A DNA stretch of 64,000 nucleotides, from the NCBI GenBank assembly GCA_039801505.1, contig JBDRUV010000001.1:198714-262713 (forward strand), in the 5' to 3' direction. Made by a program: the position numbers and the translations under genes. The notes beneath the pieces are model-generated. The model worked only from the letters and a program-made list of their open reading frames with translations. It was not told the DNA's origin and searched no databases. Of the stretch, positions 1 to 10,022 are shown piece after piece; the first letter of the stretch is position 1; every line of letters begins with the position of its first letter. The DNA is from a candidate division WOR-3 bacterium. GTDB lineage: Bacteria; Hydrothermota; Tepidihabitantia; Tepidihabitantales; CAIPLT01.

Positions 1-284
1 TTACGAAATTCTTCGTTACTTAAGACCAAGGCTCGAGCGATTCCTAAGGCGATCGCCCCGGCTTGAGCTGACAGACCACCACCACGTACTTTGGCTACTA
101 CATTATATTGATTTTCAAGGCCTAGAACCTTAAATGGCGTGTTAATTAACTTTAATAAATCATCGCGACCCAAATAATCTTTGGCGCTTCGGTTATTAAT
201 TTTGATTTCGCCGTTACCTACAGCCAACCAAACCTTTGCGGTCGCGGTTTTTCGTGAGCCAACAGCAAATAGATTGGTTTGCAT
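1..284 (-). CDS. rpsI: 30S ribosomal protein S9, partial (3' end runs off the window edge)
   Basis: The reverse translation from ATG at 284 reads MQTNLFAVGSRKTATAKVW...GGGLSAQAGAIALGIARALVLSNEEFR. The GSRKTATA and GGG.SAQAGAI..GIARAL stretches are S9 hallmarks. It sits 9 nt downstream of the rplM stop, the classic rplM-rpsI order. Confidence 0.85.
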   Translation of the reverse strand, partial: MQTNLFAVGSRKTATAKVWLAVGNGEIKINNRSAKDYLGRDDLLKLINTPFKVLGLENQYNVVAKVRGGGLSAQAGAIALGIARALVLSNEEFR

Positions 285-293
285 AATCTTAGG

Positions 294-737
294 TTATTTT
301 TTTAATACTAAGTCTTGGATTAAAACTGGATTCTGGGCCCGATGCGGATGCTCCGGGCCACGATAAACTAATAGTCGACGCATACGCTTGGCGCGCAGTC
401 GATTTTTCGGCAGCATTCGTTTTACGGCAAGTTCAATAATTCGTTCTGGAAACTTGGCCAAAAGGTCTTTAAATCGAATAGCTTTAAGTCCACCCGGATA
501 ACCGCTATGGTGATAATAAATCTTATCGGTATATTTCTTACCCGTAACCCGGACTTTTTCTGCATTAATCACCACCACAAAATCACCCAAATCAAGATGC
601 GGTGTATAATTGGGTTTGTCTTTACCCATTAAAATTCGAGCAATTTGTGAGGCCATACGTCCTAAGGTTCGCCCCGCCGCATCCACAAGATACCATTTGC
701 GCTCAATTTCTTCTGCTTTTGCAAGATAAGTTTTCAT
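294..737 (-). CDS. rplM: 50S ribosomal protein L13
   Basis: The 147-aa ORF is an L13-family sequence ([47 protein letters not shown]...) and is followed by rpsI. Confidence 0.9.
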   Translation of the reverse strand: MKTYLAKAEEIERKWYLVDAAGRTLGRMASQIARILMGKDKPNYTPHLDLGDFVVVINAEKVRVTGKKYTDKIYYHHSGYPGGLKAIRFKDLLAKFPERIIELAVKRMLPKNRLRAKRMRRLLVYRGPEHPHRAQNPVLIQDLVLKK

Positions 738-748
738 AATAAATATTA

Positions 749-777
749 AGTATAGTTAAAAAATTCAACTTTGTCAA
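749..777 (-). promoter_or_regulatory. Sigma70-type promoter for rplM-rpsI (-35 TTGACA at 777..772, 17-nt spacer, -10 TATACT at 754..749). The ATG lies about 12 nt after the -10, so the leader is very short.
   Basis: Read directly on the minus strand. Confidence 0.45.
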
Positions 778-960
778 GAAAAAATATTTTACCACATGGT
801 TGGCCTTAAGGTTTCCCAAATATTAACGAATTGGTTTAGGCGGGATATTAGCTTATTCTGGTCACGAAGTGTTTTATGAGAACAGTGCCCAGCTAAGGTC
901 CCATTAAAACCGCGAAGTTACGATTTAAAGATTACATCTTATCCTCATAGTCCAGTATAC

Positions 961-1006
961 CGATATCCCCCGGGCCGTCCCCCGATGCTACCCGGTACCG
1001 GACTAA
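961..1006. repeat. GC-rich intergenic repeat, copy 1 (CCCCCGGGCCGTCCCCCGATGCTACCCGGTACCGGAC; a related ACAGTGCCCAG lies at 884-894)
   Basis: Its sequence is similar to the copies at 11861, 24921, 33041, 48844 and 56997. Confidence 0.5.
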
Positions 1007-1066
1007 AACTAGGAAATTGCAGAAACCAGAGATTTCTCTAATATGGCGTTATTAAAATTTTAGAGC

Positions 1067-2362
1067 TTAGAGATACTTCTCGATATAGGTGCGCCGAGCA
1101 ATCTTTAAAAGATACTCATTAAGTTTTTCTTGGGTTTTAAGCATTATTAAGTATTCCCGAATTTCGTCTTGTAGTTCCTCAAGCGTAAAATAGCGCTCTT
1201 CCTCTTTTGCTAATACTTTAATTAGATGAAAACCGTGTTCTGAAAGCACAGGCTCCGAAACTTCACCGGCGCGTAATTTTTTAACAGCACTGCGGAACGG
1301 TTCTTGTAAATTATCTAAGGCAAATTCACCCAGATAGCCAGCGCTGTCCTTAGTGAACGGGTCCTCAGAATATAAGCGAACTAAAGAGTCAAAATCGCGA
1401 CCTTTCAGAACTTCGGCTCGCAACCGTTCTAAAAACCGCTTGGTTCTTAGGGTATCGGCCTGGGTTAGTTTAACTGCAATAAATATATGAGCCAATTCGA
1501 TACTATCGCGCCTGCGGCTAAGACACTTGAAAATCTCATAACCATTTCCGGTGCGGACTGGCATTGAGATTTCATTGGGCTTTAAGCCTTCAATCGCTGG
1601 TTTTATTTCCCCGGCGAGTTCGGTAATCGCAAACTTTCCTAGATAACCACTGGCTTTTTGAGTTACTCGGTCATCCGAGAAACTTTTGGCGACTTCCTCG
1701 AAATCCCCACCGCGCAAGAGTATATCATAAATTTCACTAATTCGTTTCTGGGCTAAACTTTCGTTTTGGGCTGAGGGTTTAATCGTGTAGAAAAGATGGG
1801 CCAAACGAACCATAGCCGGGCGCCGGGCCAAGGAATCTTTATGGGCTTCATAGAATTCCTTAATTTCCCGAGCACTAACCGTAATATTGAGAATACCCTT
1901 TTTAGCTAAGATTTTCTGGCTTAACAGGCGTTTCCGAATTTCGTTGCGATAGCGATCTTTTAGGGTGCGTTCCGTAAGTCCTTCTGCTTTTAAGGCCGCT
2001 TCAAATTCCTCTAGGCTACTATAATTTTGTCGCAAGGCTTGAAGGTTTTTTTCTAATTCTTCCTCGATTTCTTGCCGGCTAACTTCGATACTTTCTTTTT
2101 GGGCTGCAACTAATAGGAGCTGATTTTTTATTAACTCGTCTAAAACCTCCTGATACAGCACGGAATCGGGCGGTAAATCGGTCCGCGTTAGTTTTAAAAA
2201 ATTAACGGCCGCATCTAACTCACTTTGGAGAATTATTTCGTTACCAACTACAGCAACAATCCGGTCTGCAATTTGATAGCCATAGGCACTGCCCAGGCCC
2301 AAAATTACTAGACTTAAAAAAACCCGAAGTCTTTTGGAAAACTTATTTACTAAAATAAGCAT
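1067..2362 (-). CDS. Periplasmic chaperone/peptidyl-prolyl isomerase, SurA-like (SurA N-domain plus parvulin domains)
   Basis: 431 aa with an N-terminal signal/TM segment. The charged helical SurA_N-like region and PpiC/parvulin-like segments are repeated twice (...GYLGKFAITELAGEIKP..., ...GYLGEFALDNLQEPFRSA...). Confidence 0.7.
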   Translation of the reverse strand: MLILVNKFSKRLRVFLSLVILGLGSAYGYQIADRIVAVVGNEIILQSELDAAVNFLKLTRTDLPPDSVLYQEVLDELIKNQLLLVAAQKESIEVSRQEIEEELEKNLQALRQNYSSLEEFEAALKAEGLTERTLKDRYRNEIRKRLLSQKILAKKGILNITVSAREIKEFYEAHKDSLARRPAMVRLAHLFYTIKPSAQNESLAQKRISEIYDILLRGGDFEEVAKSFSDDRVTQKASGYLGKFAITELAGEIKPAIEGLKPNEISMPVRTGNGYEIFKCLSRRRDSIELAHIFIAVKLTQADTLRTKRFLERLRAEVLKGRDFDSLVRLYSEDPFTKDSAGYLGEFALDNLQEPFRSAVKKLRAGEVSEPVLSEHGFHLIKVLAKEEERYFTLEELQDEIREYLIMLKTQEKLNEYLLKIARRTYIEKYL

Positions 2363-3158
2363 CAGGATCCTGATACACCGGTGTTTTTTGTCGAAGGATA
2401 TTTAATAGACTATCAAGCATTTCTCGTTGTTTTCGATATAGTAGCACAGCCTGGATATAATCTGAAACCTCGGCCAGGGTAATGTCCTTTTTAACCTTTT
2501 TCTTATCAACCAGTTTAATAATTTGATAACCTTCTTGAGTCTTGATCACCTCAGTAAATTCGTTGGGTTTTAAACTAAAGATGATTTCTTCTACCGCCGG
2601 GTCATTACTAAATCCCCGAGCCAGATATCGTGATTCAGCTCCTTTTTCTAAAATTCGGTCCTGGGAATAAGCCTCGGCCAACTTAGTAAAATCCGCCCCA
2701 GCCCGCAATCGATCATAAAGCCGATAGGCTAAAGATTCATCGTACACTAAAATTCGGGCGATCTTAACCTCAGTAAGAAAATCATCTTTATGTTTATGGA
2801 AATAATCATCAATTTCGTATGAAGAGACGGTAAGTTTGTCCGTTTCATTTTCTAGAAATTTATTGACAACCAGTTCTTTTATTGCCTGATTTATTTGAAC
2901 CTTGAGCGTTTCGTTTTTATGAAATCCACGTCGCATAGCTTCTTGATATACTAGTTCGGTATTAATCCATTTTTCCAGAAATGCTTCAAGCTGCTCAGGA
3001 GTTAGTTTGTATCCTATAGGAATTTGGGTGGTAAGTAAAAATTCTTTCTTGGTTAGTTTCCGATTACCGACTTTAGCCAAAACCGGCTCTGATTTCGAGC
3101 AACCAGCCATATAACCTAAAATAATTGTTAAAAAAATTAAGGTAAGTTTTGTCTTCAT
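2343..3158 (-). CDS. PpiC/parvulin-type peptidyl-prolyl isomerase lipoprotein (SurA/PrsA-like)
   Basis: 271 aa with a lipobox (LGYMAGCSK). It has SurA_N-like helices and a single parvulin-like C-terminal domain, and lies in tandem with two other SurA-like genes. Confidence 0.65.
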   Translation of the reverse strand: MKTKLTLIFLTIILGYMAGCSKSEPVLAKVGNRKLTKKEFLLTTQIPIGYKLTPEQLEAFLEKWINTELVYQEAMRRGFHKNETLKVQINQAIKELVVNKFLENETDKLTVSSYEIDDYFHKHKDDFLTEVKIARILVYDESLAYRLYDRLRAGADFTKLAEAYSQDRILEKGAESRYLARGFSNDPAVEEIIFSLKPNEFTEVIKTQEGYQIIKLVDKKKVKKDITLAEVSDYIQAVLLYRKQREMLDSLLNILRQKTPVYQDPDAYFSK

Positions 3159-3168
3159 AAAACTCCTT

Positions 3169-4494
3169 TTAGCCCGAAGAACCTGGACGGGCTAGATTTT
3201 GGTTTTTAATTACATTGTTAATGATTTTATTTAACAGTTTAGTGTTAATCTTTATATTTGATATTGCTTTTAACGAATCAATCACCGCCTGATACCGTTG
3301 CTGACGGCGTTCAGGAAGAAGAAGCCTTTGGATCGTTTCTGCGGCATCGTTCGGCGTAAGATTGGGAAAGTCTTCTTTGTGGCTAAGATAATAATTAGTA
3401 ATTTCTTCCGGCGTAACTAGTATTTTTTGGGTAATTTCTGAGAGATAAAATTTTTCATACAACAGATCCTCAGTGCGCAATTTTAAGTCTTCTAAAAATT
3501 CCTTATTTTTATCTAAACCCCGGGCTAAAGCATCTTCATACAAAAGATCCTCTTCAATTTCTCGTTTAATTGCATATTCGCGCATTAACGTGTCGAGCAA
3601 TTTCGGAAACCTACGAGCTAGTGGTAAGAAAGTTTTTACATATACTACTTTGCGTCGATCCTTTTTAGCCACCCAGATGGTTTCCTCATCAGGGTTGATA
3701 AGTTCGGGATCCTTATAAAATACCCGAATCCCTCGGGGATTATATTCAATTCGGCGGGTAAGTCGACTTAAATATTCATTTTCAAGCTGAGTTCGTTTTT
3801 CTTCTTCAAGTATGCGCTGGGCGTATCTACATCGCAAACCTTTGGGATCATCAGCTGCTTTTTTGGTTCTGAGAATTACGATTTGATAGAAATTGCTACT
3901 CTTTGTGGGCACCGACACTTCGTTTTCTTTTAATTCTAAAATTATTGAACGTATCTTTTTATCAAATTCATAAACTGGGAGGAATCTATCTGTTGGATAT
4001 TGAGGCGAGAGAAATTGAGAATATTTAGGAATTAAATTGTCCAATGACTGACTATTTTTAATGTCATAATATATACAACTTGCCAAGCTTTCATTTGGAA
4101 TTTCAAGCACCGCAACTCTAGCATCATATTTAGCAAGTTTTTTAGCATACTCGGCTTCATTTTTAGTCAATCGGGTATTTTTAGTAATTACTTCGTCATA
4201 CAGATACGAAATCAGCATTTTCTTTTTATCAACCTCTAATATCGATGCCAGCTCATTTAATAGCCCTAAATCCCGGCCGGCTTTGATAAAGAGCTTTCTT
4301 ATAATTAACTGCTCTAACAGGTTATTTATGTATTTTCTGGCTACAGTGTCTGAAGTAAATCCTTTGGGCAACTTTTGGATAAATTCTTCTTGAGTTATTT
4401 TTTCTCCGTTGACTTCTGCCAGCACAGGTTTTTTTTGGCAACCCAACCATTGTAAAAACAGAATAAACAACAAAAAAATAAGTTTATTTTTCAT
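3169..4494 (-). CDS. SurA N-terminal domain-containing periplasmic chaperone (third paralog)
   Basis: I place the start at the internal Met (MKNKLIFLLFILF..., a signal peptide) at 4494, which removes the overlap with ppsA. The composition is SurA_N-like helical. Confidence 0.55.
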   Translation of the reverse strand: MKNKLIFLLFILFLQWLGCQKKPVLAEVNGEKITQEEFIQKLPKGFTSDTVARKYINNLLEQLIIRKLFIKAGRDLGLLNELASILEVDKKKMLISYLYDEVITKNTRLTKNEAEYAKKLAKYDARVAVLEIPNESLASCIYYDIKNSQSLDNLIPKYSQFLSPQYPTDRFLPVYEFDKKIRSIILELKENEVSVPTKSSNFYQIVILRTKKAADDPKGLRCRYAQRILEEEKRTQLENEYLSRLTRRIEYNPRGIRVFYKDPELINPDEETIWVAKKDRRKVVYVKTFLPLARRFPKLLDTLMREYAIKREIEEDLLYEDALARGLDKNKEFLEDLKLRTEDLLYEKFYLSEITQKILVTPEEITNYYLSHKEDFPNLTPNDAAETIQRLLLPERRQQRYQAVIDSLKAISNIKINTKLLNKIINNVIKNQNLARPGSSG

Positions 4495-6910
4495 TTGAGC
4501 ATTCAACCTCAAAGACTTTCTTTTTGACCGCAAGAAAACTATCAGGGTTCACTGAGATCGAGTCAATGCCTTCTTTTACTAAAAATTCCACAAACTCAGG
4601 ATAATCAGAAGGGGCCTGACCACAAATACCTACTTTGCAACCAAGAGGTTTTACCTTTTTAATGAGTTCTGAAATCATCTTTTTTACTGCCGGATTTCGT
4701 TCGTCAAAAAGTGAGGCCACTTTGCCAGAATCCCGGTCGATACCCAGGATCAGTTGAGTTAGGTCATTAGAACCAATAGAAAAACCATCAAAGAAATTTG
4801 CAAATTCTTCAGCTAAAATTACATTACTTGGAACTTCACACATCATATAGACCTTAAGTCCATCTTTGGTGCGTTCAAGCCCATTTTCCTTAAACACTTC
4901 TAAGACTTTTATCGCCTCCTCCGGGGTCCGTAAGAATGGTATCATTGGGATTACATTAGTTAGGCCGATTTCTTCTCGGACCTTTTTAAGCGCCCGGCAT
5001 TCTAAATCGAATCCGGCCCGATATTCTGAGTTGTAGTATCGTGCGGCACCGCGAAAACCGAGCATCGGATTTTCTTCTGTTGGTTCATAGTATTTACCCC
5101 CCAAAAGCCCTGCATATTCATTAGTCTTGAAGTCTGACATACGTACCACAACATCATTCGGATAAAAAGCCGATGCAATAGTGGCGATTCCCTCAGCTAA
5201 TTTATCAACAAAGAAATCTTGAGGGCAGTTTTCATAAATGCCGAGTTTTTCTTTAATAAGTTTCTTATCTTGCTCAGGTAGTTTTTCGTAATCGATTAAT
5301 GCCATCGGATGAATACCGATAAAATTATTGATAATAAATTCAAGTCTGGCTAGTCCAACGCCGTCACATGGTAATTGACCGAGAACAAATGCTTGCGAAG
5401 GGTCACCAATATTAACCATTACTTTAGTTTTGGTCCTAGGTACTTTGTCCGTCTCAATTTCATAAACCTGATATTTTAATTTTCCCTCGTAAACTCGACC
5501 CACCTCGCCTTCCACACAAGAAACAGTCACAAAATCACCATCATTAAGAACCTCGGTGGCATTTCCAGTTCCAACGATCGCTGGAATTCCAAACTCTCGA
5601 GCTACAATTGCCGCATGGCATGTTCGCCCTCCGGAGTCCGTTACAATGGCTGAAGCCTTTTTGATGATCGGCACCCAGTTAGGGTCAGTCATTTCGGTAA
5701 CCAAAATACCACCTTCATCAAAGCGATTTTGTTCTTCAGGACTTTTTAACCGGCAGACCCGACCAATGGCAATTGATGAACCAACACTTTTCCCTTCGAC
5801 AAGGACACGGCTTCGTTCCTCTAGTCGATATTCTTTAATTATTTTAGTCTTCTTTTGCGAGTGAATTGTTTCTGGCCGAGCTTGGACAATGTAAATCTCA
5901 CCAGATAAACCATCTTTAGCCCATTCCACATCAACTGGTGTAGGTTGGCCTCGGACTTTAGTGTAATGTTCTTCAATTAACACTCCCCACTTAGCTAACT
6001 GACAAATTTCTTCATCAGAAAGTACAAAAGATTCGCGCTCGTCTTTGCGGCAGTCCACAAGTCGCGTGGTGATATTTTCACCAGTAACAAAAACCATTTT
6101 GCGTTCCTTAGAACCTAAATGGCGTTTGATAATTGGGCAAAGTTGTTTTTTGTTCTTTAAGACTTCCTTGAGGATCGGTTTAAAGACATAATATTCGTCG
6201 GGATTTATCTGCCCCTGGACCATCGTTTCCCCTAGACCCAGTGTCGCCGTGATAAACACAACTTTGTCAAAACCGGATTCGGTATCTAACGTGAACATGA
6301 CACCTGCACCGGCAAGATCAGAACGAACCATTTTTTGGACTCCGACCGAAATTGCCACTTTTTTATGGTCGAATCCGTGATTTTCTCGATAGGCAATAGC
6401 TCGGTCTGTGAAAAGTGAAGCAAAACATTTAATTATTGCTTCAATTAATTCCTCAAACCCTGAGATGTTAAGAAACGTGTCTTGTTGACCGGCAAAACTG
6501 GCATCTGGTAGATCTTCGGCTGTGGCACTGGAACGCACGGCGACTGAGACTTCTTCTTCACTAACTTCTTGAGACAGGGCTAAATAGGCTTCCTTGATTG
6601 CAGCGTTTAAATCCGCCGGAAGTTCAGCACCGCGAATGCGATGCCTGATATATCGGCCAACTGACGGTATATCGCGTTTTTTATCTTTTAGTGCGTTAAG
6701 CTCAGAAAAAATTTTTTCTTCAAGCCCATTACTTTCTAAAAAATAGTGATAAGCCTGGGTAGTGATTGCAAATCCCAAGGGTATTTTAATACCATATGTC
6801 GATAACTGAGAATACATTTCACCAAGTGAGGCATTTTTACCACCCACAGCCGGTAAATCTTTTAAAGTAATAGCATCAAACCACTTTATCCAATCGTTAT
6901 TAATTCTCAT
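4484..6910 (-). CDS. ppsA: Phosphoenolpyruvate synthase (pyruvate, water dikinase)
   Basis: 808 aa. The N-terminus ...LKDLPAVGGKNASLGEM... is a PpsA signature. A central phosphohistidine domain (GGRTCHAAIVAREFGIPAIVG) and a C-terminal PEP-utilizing TIM barrel are present. Confidence 0.9.
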   Translation of the reverse strand: MRINNDWIKWFDAITLKDLPAVGGKNASLGEMYSQLSTYGIKIPLGFAITTQAYHYFLESNGLEEKIFSELNALKDKKRDIPSVGRYIRHRIRGAELPADLNAAIKEAYLALSQEVSEEEVSVAVRSSATAEDLPDASFAGQQDTFLNISGFEELIEAIIKCFASLFTDRAIAYRENHGFDHKKVAISVGVQKMVRSDLAGAGVMFTLDTESGFDKVVFITATLGLGETMVQGQINPDEYYVFKPILKEVLKNKKQLCPIIKRHLGSKERKMVFVTGENITTRLVDCRKDERESFVLSDEEICQLAKWGVLIEEHYTKVRGQPTPVDVEWAKDGLSGEIYIVQARPETIHSQKKTKIIKEYRLEERSRVLVEGKSVGSSIAIGRVCRLKSPEEQNRFDEGGILVTEMTDPNWVPIIKKASAIVTDSGGRTCHAAIVAREFGIPAIVGTGNATEVLNDGDFVTVSCVEGEVGRVYEGKLKYQVYEIETDKVPRTKTKVMVNIGDPSQAFVLGQLPCDGVGLARLEFIINNFIGIHPMALIDYEKLPEQDKKLIKEKLGIYENCPQDFFVDKLAEGIATIASAFYPNDVVVRMSDFKTNEYAGLLGGKYYEPTEENPMLGFRGAARYYNSEYRAGFDLECRALKKVREEIGLTNVIPMIPFLRTPEEAIKVLEVFKENGLERTKDGLKVYMMCEVPSNVILAEEFANFFDGFSIGSNDLTQLILGIDRDSGKVASLFDERNPAVKKMISELIKKVKPLGCKVGICGQAPSDYPEFVEFLVKEGIDSISVNPDSFLAVKKKVFEVECSNEK

Positions 6911-6922
6911 AAGTTTTGTGTT

Positions 6923-6951
6923 ATTATATAATTAAGATTTATTAAAGTCAA
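6923..6951 (-). promoter_or_regulatory. ppsA promoter (-35 TTGACT, 17-nt spacer, -10 TATAAT). The ATG lies about 13 nt downstream.
   Basis: Read on the minus strand in the ppsA/7022 divergent region. Confidence 0.5.
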
Positions 6952-6979
6952 CAACAAAACCATATTTACTTCTTTCCGA

Positions 6980-7008
6980 TTGACTTTTAAGATTATTATT
7001 AATAAAAT
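6980..7008 (+). promoter_or_regulatory. Promoter for the 7022-11838 operon (-35 TTGACT at 6980-6985, 17-nt spacer, -10 TAAAAT at 7003-7008). The ATG at 7022 gives a leader of about 7 nt.
   Basis: Read directly. Confidence 0.5.
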
Positions 7009-7021
7009 TTAAGATTAATAT

Positions 7022-8020
7022 ATGAAGATTCTAAACTATTTGCACTTTGTGATTGTAATTGGTCTGGTGCTCTTAGGATGTGCCAAAAAAATGCTGCCAC
7101 CAAGTCCCGATCGTTTTCCTCCGCAACTTTTAGAGATTGATCCTAAAACTTCAACACGGCTTGATTTGATATTTAATGAAGATATTGTACCGGTTATCGA
7201 TTCAGCCCACAGGTTGTATATCACTAATAATATCGATACTCTACAAATCATAGCCATTATTACAAAGGGTTCACGGGTTAGTTTGTATACTAGGCCTTTA
7301 ATGACGAATACCCGATATCAAATTAGGGGTAGTTTTATGGATCAGGCAGGAAACGCCGCTGTTATTAAGAAAACCTTTAGAAGTGCTTTACAACCTGATA
7401 CCGTAGACCCCAGGGTTACCAGTACCTACCCGAAACCTGGTAGTGTCTTAAAAGTTTTTCGGGGTATTTATATCGATTTTACCTTTTCCGAACCAGTTGA
7501 TTCCCAATCAGATATTCATTTTACTGTTAGCCCTTTGGCTAAAAACAAAATAAAATACGAGTTCAGTAATGACCGTCATACCTTAACATTTTTATATCCT
7601 GATACTTTAACTTACCGAGGATTAATCTATTTTCTTTTACTACCCTCAATTACCGATTTAGCTAATAATCGTCTAAAAAATTTTGGGTATACTTACTTTA
7701 CTACAGATAGCACCTTAACTATAAAAACCGTTAGGGGTAAACTTTTATCTCAAAATATACCAGTTTCCAACGGTATTGTAATTTTTGAACGTGACAATTT
7801 AAAGGCATTTACGATCACTGAAAAAGACGGCACATTCTCTTGTCAATTAGAATTAGGTACATATTCGGTTTCAGCAATAGCTGATACAAATTGGGATTTT
7901 TATGTGGATTTAATAAGTGCTAAATCAGAAATCGCCGTTGATACCACCCAAATTGAAGTCCCCACAATAAATTTATTTCCTGCAGCGACCAAAATTTATC
8001 TAAATGAGTATCTTAATTAG
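7022..8020 (+). CDS. Lipoprotein with an Ig-like (SbsA/Big-type) domain and a carboxypeptidase-regulatory-like beta-sandwich domain
   Basis: It has a signal peptide plus lipobox (VLLGCAKK). Its beta-rich repeats are typical of Ig-like surface proteins. Its stop overlaps the start of the next gene. Confidence 0.5.
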   Translation: MKILNYLHFVIVIGLVLLGCAKKMLPPSPDRFPPQLLEIDPKTSTRLDLIFNEDIVPVIDSAHRLYITNNIDTLQIIAIITKGSRVSLYTRPLMTNTRYQIRGSFMDQAGNAAVIKKTFRSALQPDTVDPRVTSTYPKPGSVLKVFRGIYIDFTFSEPVDSQSDIHFTVSPLAKNKIKYEFSNDRHTLTFLYPDTLTYRGLIYFLLLPSITDLANNRLKNFGYTYFTTDSTLTIKTVRGKLLSQNIPVSNGIVIFERDNLKAFTITEKDGTFSCQLELGTYSVSAIADTNWDFYVDLISAKSEIAVDTTQIEVPTINLFPAATKIYLNEYLN

Positions 8021-10022
8021 TTTAATACTATTAGCGTTGTTAACTTTACTTTTTATAAACGAGCGGACTACGACGCATTTTTACCTCCCCGGCGTTGTCC
8101 GGATTGTAATGCTACTATTATTAATTCTTATGCTCTTTGAGGTACGATTTACGTTTTCGGTTACCCGGCGAGCTAAAATTCCGATACTTGTGCTAATTGA
8201 CAATTCGCGAAGTTTTGTCTCAAAAGATAATGCCCAAATTGTTAAATCGGTGCTTAAAAAACTCAGTTCTTTTCGAGCCGACAGTCGATTTTACCTTTTT
8301 TCTGATACCATATTACCATTTAAAGATGATACGCAAGTCGGTGCCCGAACTGATATCGCTCAGGCGTTAAGTTTTGCTTTAGCTAAAAAACCCGGTGCGG
8401 TAGTGATTATTTCTGATGGTCTCCATAACTATGGCGGTGATCCAATTACAGTTGCCCAGAATTTTTCGTGTCCAGTGTATGCAATTGGCATCGGCCGGGA
8501 ATTTTCTAAGGATATATACATGGATGAGATACAATATCCAGCGCGGGTTTTTCTTTCCGATACCGTAGAAATTATTTGTCGGATCGGAAACTATCAGATG
8601 GCTAATTATATTACCAATATTAAGTTAAAAAAGGGCTCTGAGATAATTCAGAAACAAAACTTGTCAATTACGACTCCAAATACGCTCCAAGAAGTAATAT
8701 TTAAAATTCTTCCTAAAACAACAGGGCGACATTCCTTTGTGGTTGAGATCGATAGTGCTCCAGATGAAGAGAATTACCAAAATAACCGTCGAGAATTTTC
8801 TTTTGAAGTGATAAAAAACCGTTATACGGTCGTTTATATTACTAATGCGCCATCATTTAATACTCGGTTTATTCTTAATGCGTTGCGAAATACCTCGGAG
8901 GCTGAGTTTTCAGTTTATCCTTACATAGCCTTTGTGGGCCGGAACTATCAAGGTGTTACGGCCGAACCTTTAGCTCAAGTTGCGCCAGTTTGCGATGTTT
9001 TAATTCTTGATGACATCAACGAAAACGAGTTGACATCCGAGATAAAGACCTTCTTAAATGATCACCTGAAAGCTAAAAAAGGATTTTTAATTCTAGCCCA
9101 AGAAAATTTCAAGCCGAGCGATTTTTTAAATACCATTTTACCAGCAGATTACTCCAAAACAAATATCATAAAACGCGACCTAGTATATACTATAACCAAT
9201 GAAGCTCGGGCGACCCCAATATTTTATAATAGTACCGGCGAGTATTTATTAGAAAAAGCGGCACCATTCTTGGGAGCCAGAGTGCCAACCGCACTTAAGC
9301 CTAATACCACGGTTTGGTTATATAATCCTGACAACAATATTCCATTAATGCTCAGTTCTCGGTACCAAGGCAGTAAAGTTATTTTAATTGCTGGCTTTCC
9401 AATCTTTCGTTTAGGTTTCGGGGGTCTTGACCGTGAAATCCAAAGTCTTCGGTTCCGGGAGTTCTTGGGTAATTTAGCCCGGTTTTTAGCCTTACCGGAT
9501 TTTAAAAATTTCCAAGTGATCCCAGACAAAAAAGATTATCTAGTTGGGGAGAAAATTCACTTGACCTTATATGCCACGACTCCAGATGCTCGGTTCTGGT
9601 CCGGTCTTAATGCTTGGGCTGAGGTTACCCAATTTCAGAAGCAAGTGCCATTCTATGAAAACCGCAGCGGCATCTATTTGGCCGAATTAAACGCGGAAAG
9701 ACCCGGCGAAGTTTTAGTAAAAGTGAAGATTGCCAGTGATTCAGCAAACCTTAGCGAGTTAGAAGTCCCCATTGTAATTAATCCGCAATCAATCGAGGAT
9801 ATTCGGGGGTTAAATGCCTCACTCTTGAATCGAATTGCCGAACTTACCGGCGGTAAATATTATACTGCCGAGGAGTTTTTAAACTCAACAGAAGAAATTA
9901 CACCGATAACCTATAAGACCAATATTAACATCTATTTTAGCAATAATCCTTATCTGTATACATTATTAGCTGGGCTTTTGGGTCTAATGATCTATTTACG
10001 AAAAAAAATTGGCCTATTATGA
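8004..10022 (+). CDS. von Willebrand factor A (vWA) domain membrane protein (BatA-like)
   Basis: Two N-terminal TM helices precede a MIDAS motif (ILVLIDNSRSF) in a vWA fold, and the protein ends in a C-terminal TM. It is translationally coupled to both neighbours. Confidence 0.6.
   Translation: MSILISLILLALLTLLFINERTTTHFYLPGVVRIVMLLLLILMLFEVRFTFSVTRRAKIPILVLIDNSRSFVSKDNAQIVKSVLKKLSSFRADSRFYLFSDTILPFKDDTQVGARTDIAQALSFALAKKPGAVVIISDGLHNYGGDPITVAQNFSCPVYAIGIGREFSKDIYMDEIQYPARVFLSDTVEIICRIGNYQMANYITNIKLKKGSEIIQKQNLSITTPNTLQEVIFKILPKTTGRHSFVVEIDSAPDEENYQNNRREFSFEVIKNRYTVVYITNAPSFNTRFILNALRNTSEAEFSVYPYIAFVGRNYQGVTAEPLAQVAPVCDVLILDDINENELTSEIKTFLNDHLKAKKGFLILAQENFKPSDFLNTILPADYSKTNIIKRDLVYTITNEARATPIFYNSTGEYLLEKAAPFLGARVPTALKPNTTVWLYNPDNNIPLMLSSRYQGSKVILIAGFPIFRLGFGGLDREIQSLRFREFLGNLARFLALPDFKNFQVIPDKKDYLVGEKIHLTLYATTPDARFWSGLNAWAEVTQFQKQVPFYENRSGIYLAELNAERPGEVLVKVKIASDSANLSELEVPIVINPQSIEDIRGLNASLLNRIAELTGGKYYTAEEFLNSTEEITPITYKTNINIYFSNNPYLYTLLAGLLGLMIYLRKKIGLL

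Noticed and set aside
181-366. 61-aa plus-strand ORF
   Set aside because: It lies entirely antisense to rpsI and rplM, which are strongly supported. It has low-complexity composition.
3473-3718. 81-aa plus-strand ORF (also 5556..5864, 7036..7257, 9224..9529, 10384..10620, 10785..11792 and other short antisense ORFs in the track)
   Set aside because: They are embedded antisense within long, well-supported CDSs. They are Ser/Arg-rich or otherwise non-protein-like, and they have no promoter or RBS context.
4495-4533. Long N-terminal extension of the third SurA-like gene overlapping ppsA
   Set aside because: The internal Met at 4494 is followed by a typical signal peptide and removes the 50-nt overlap.
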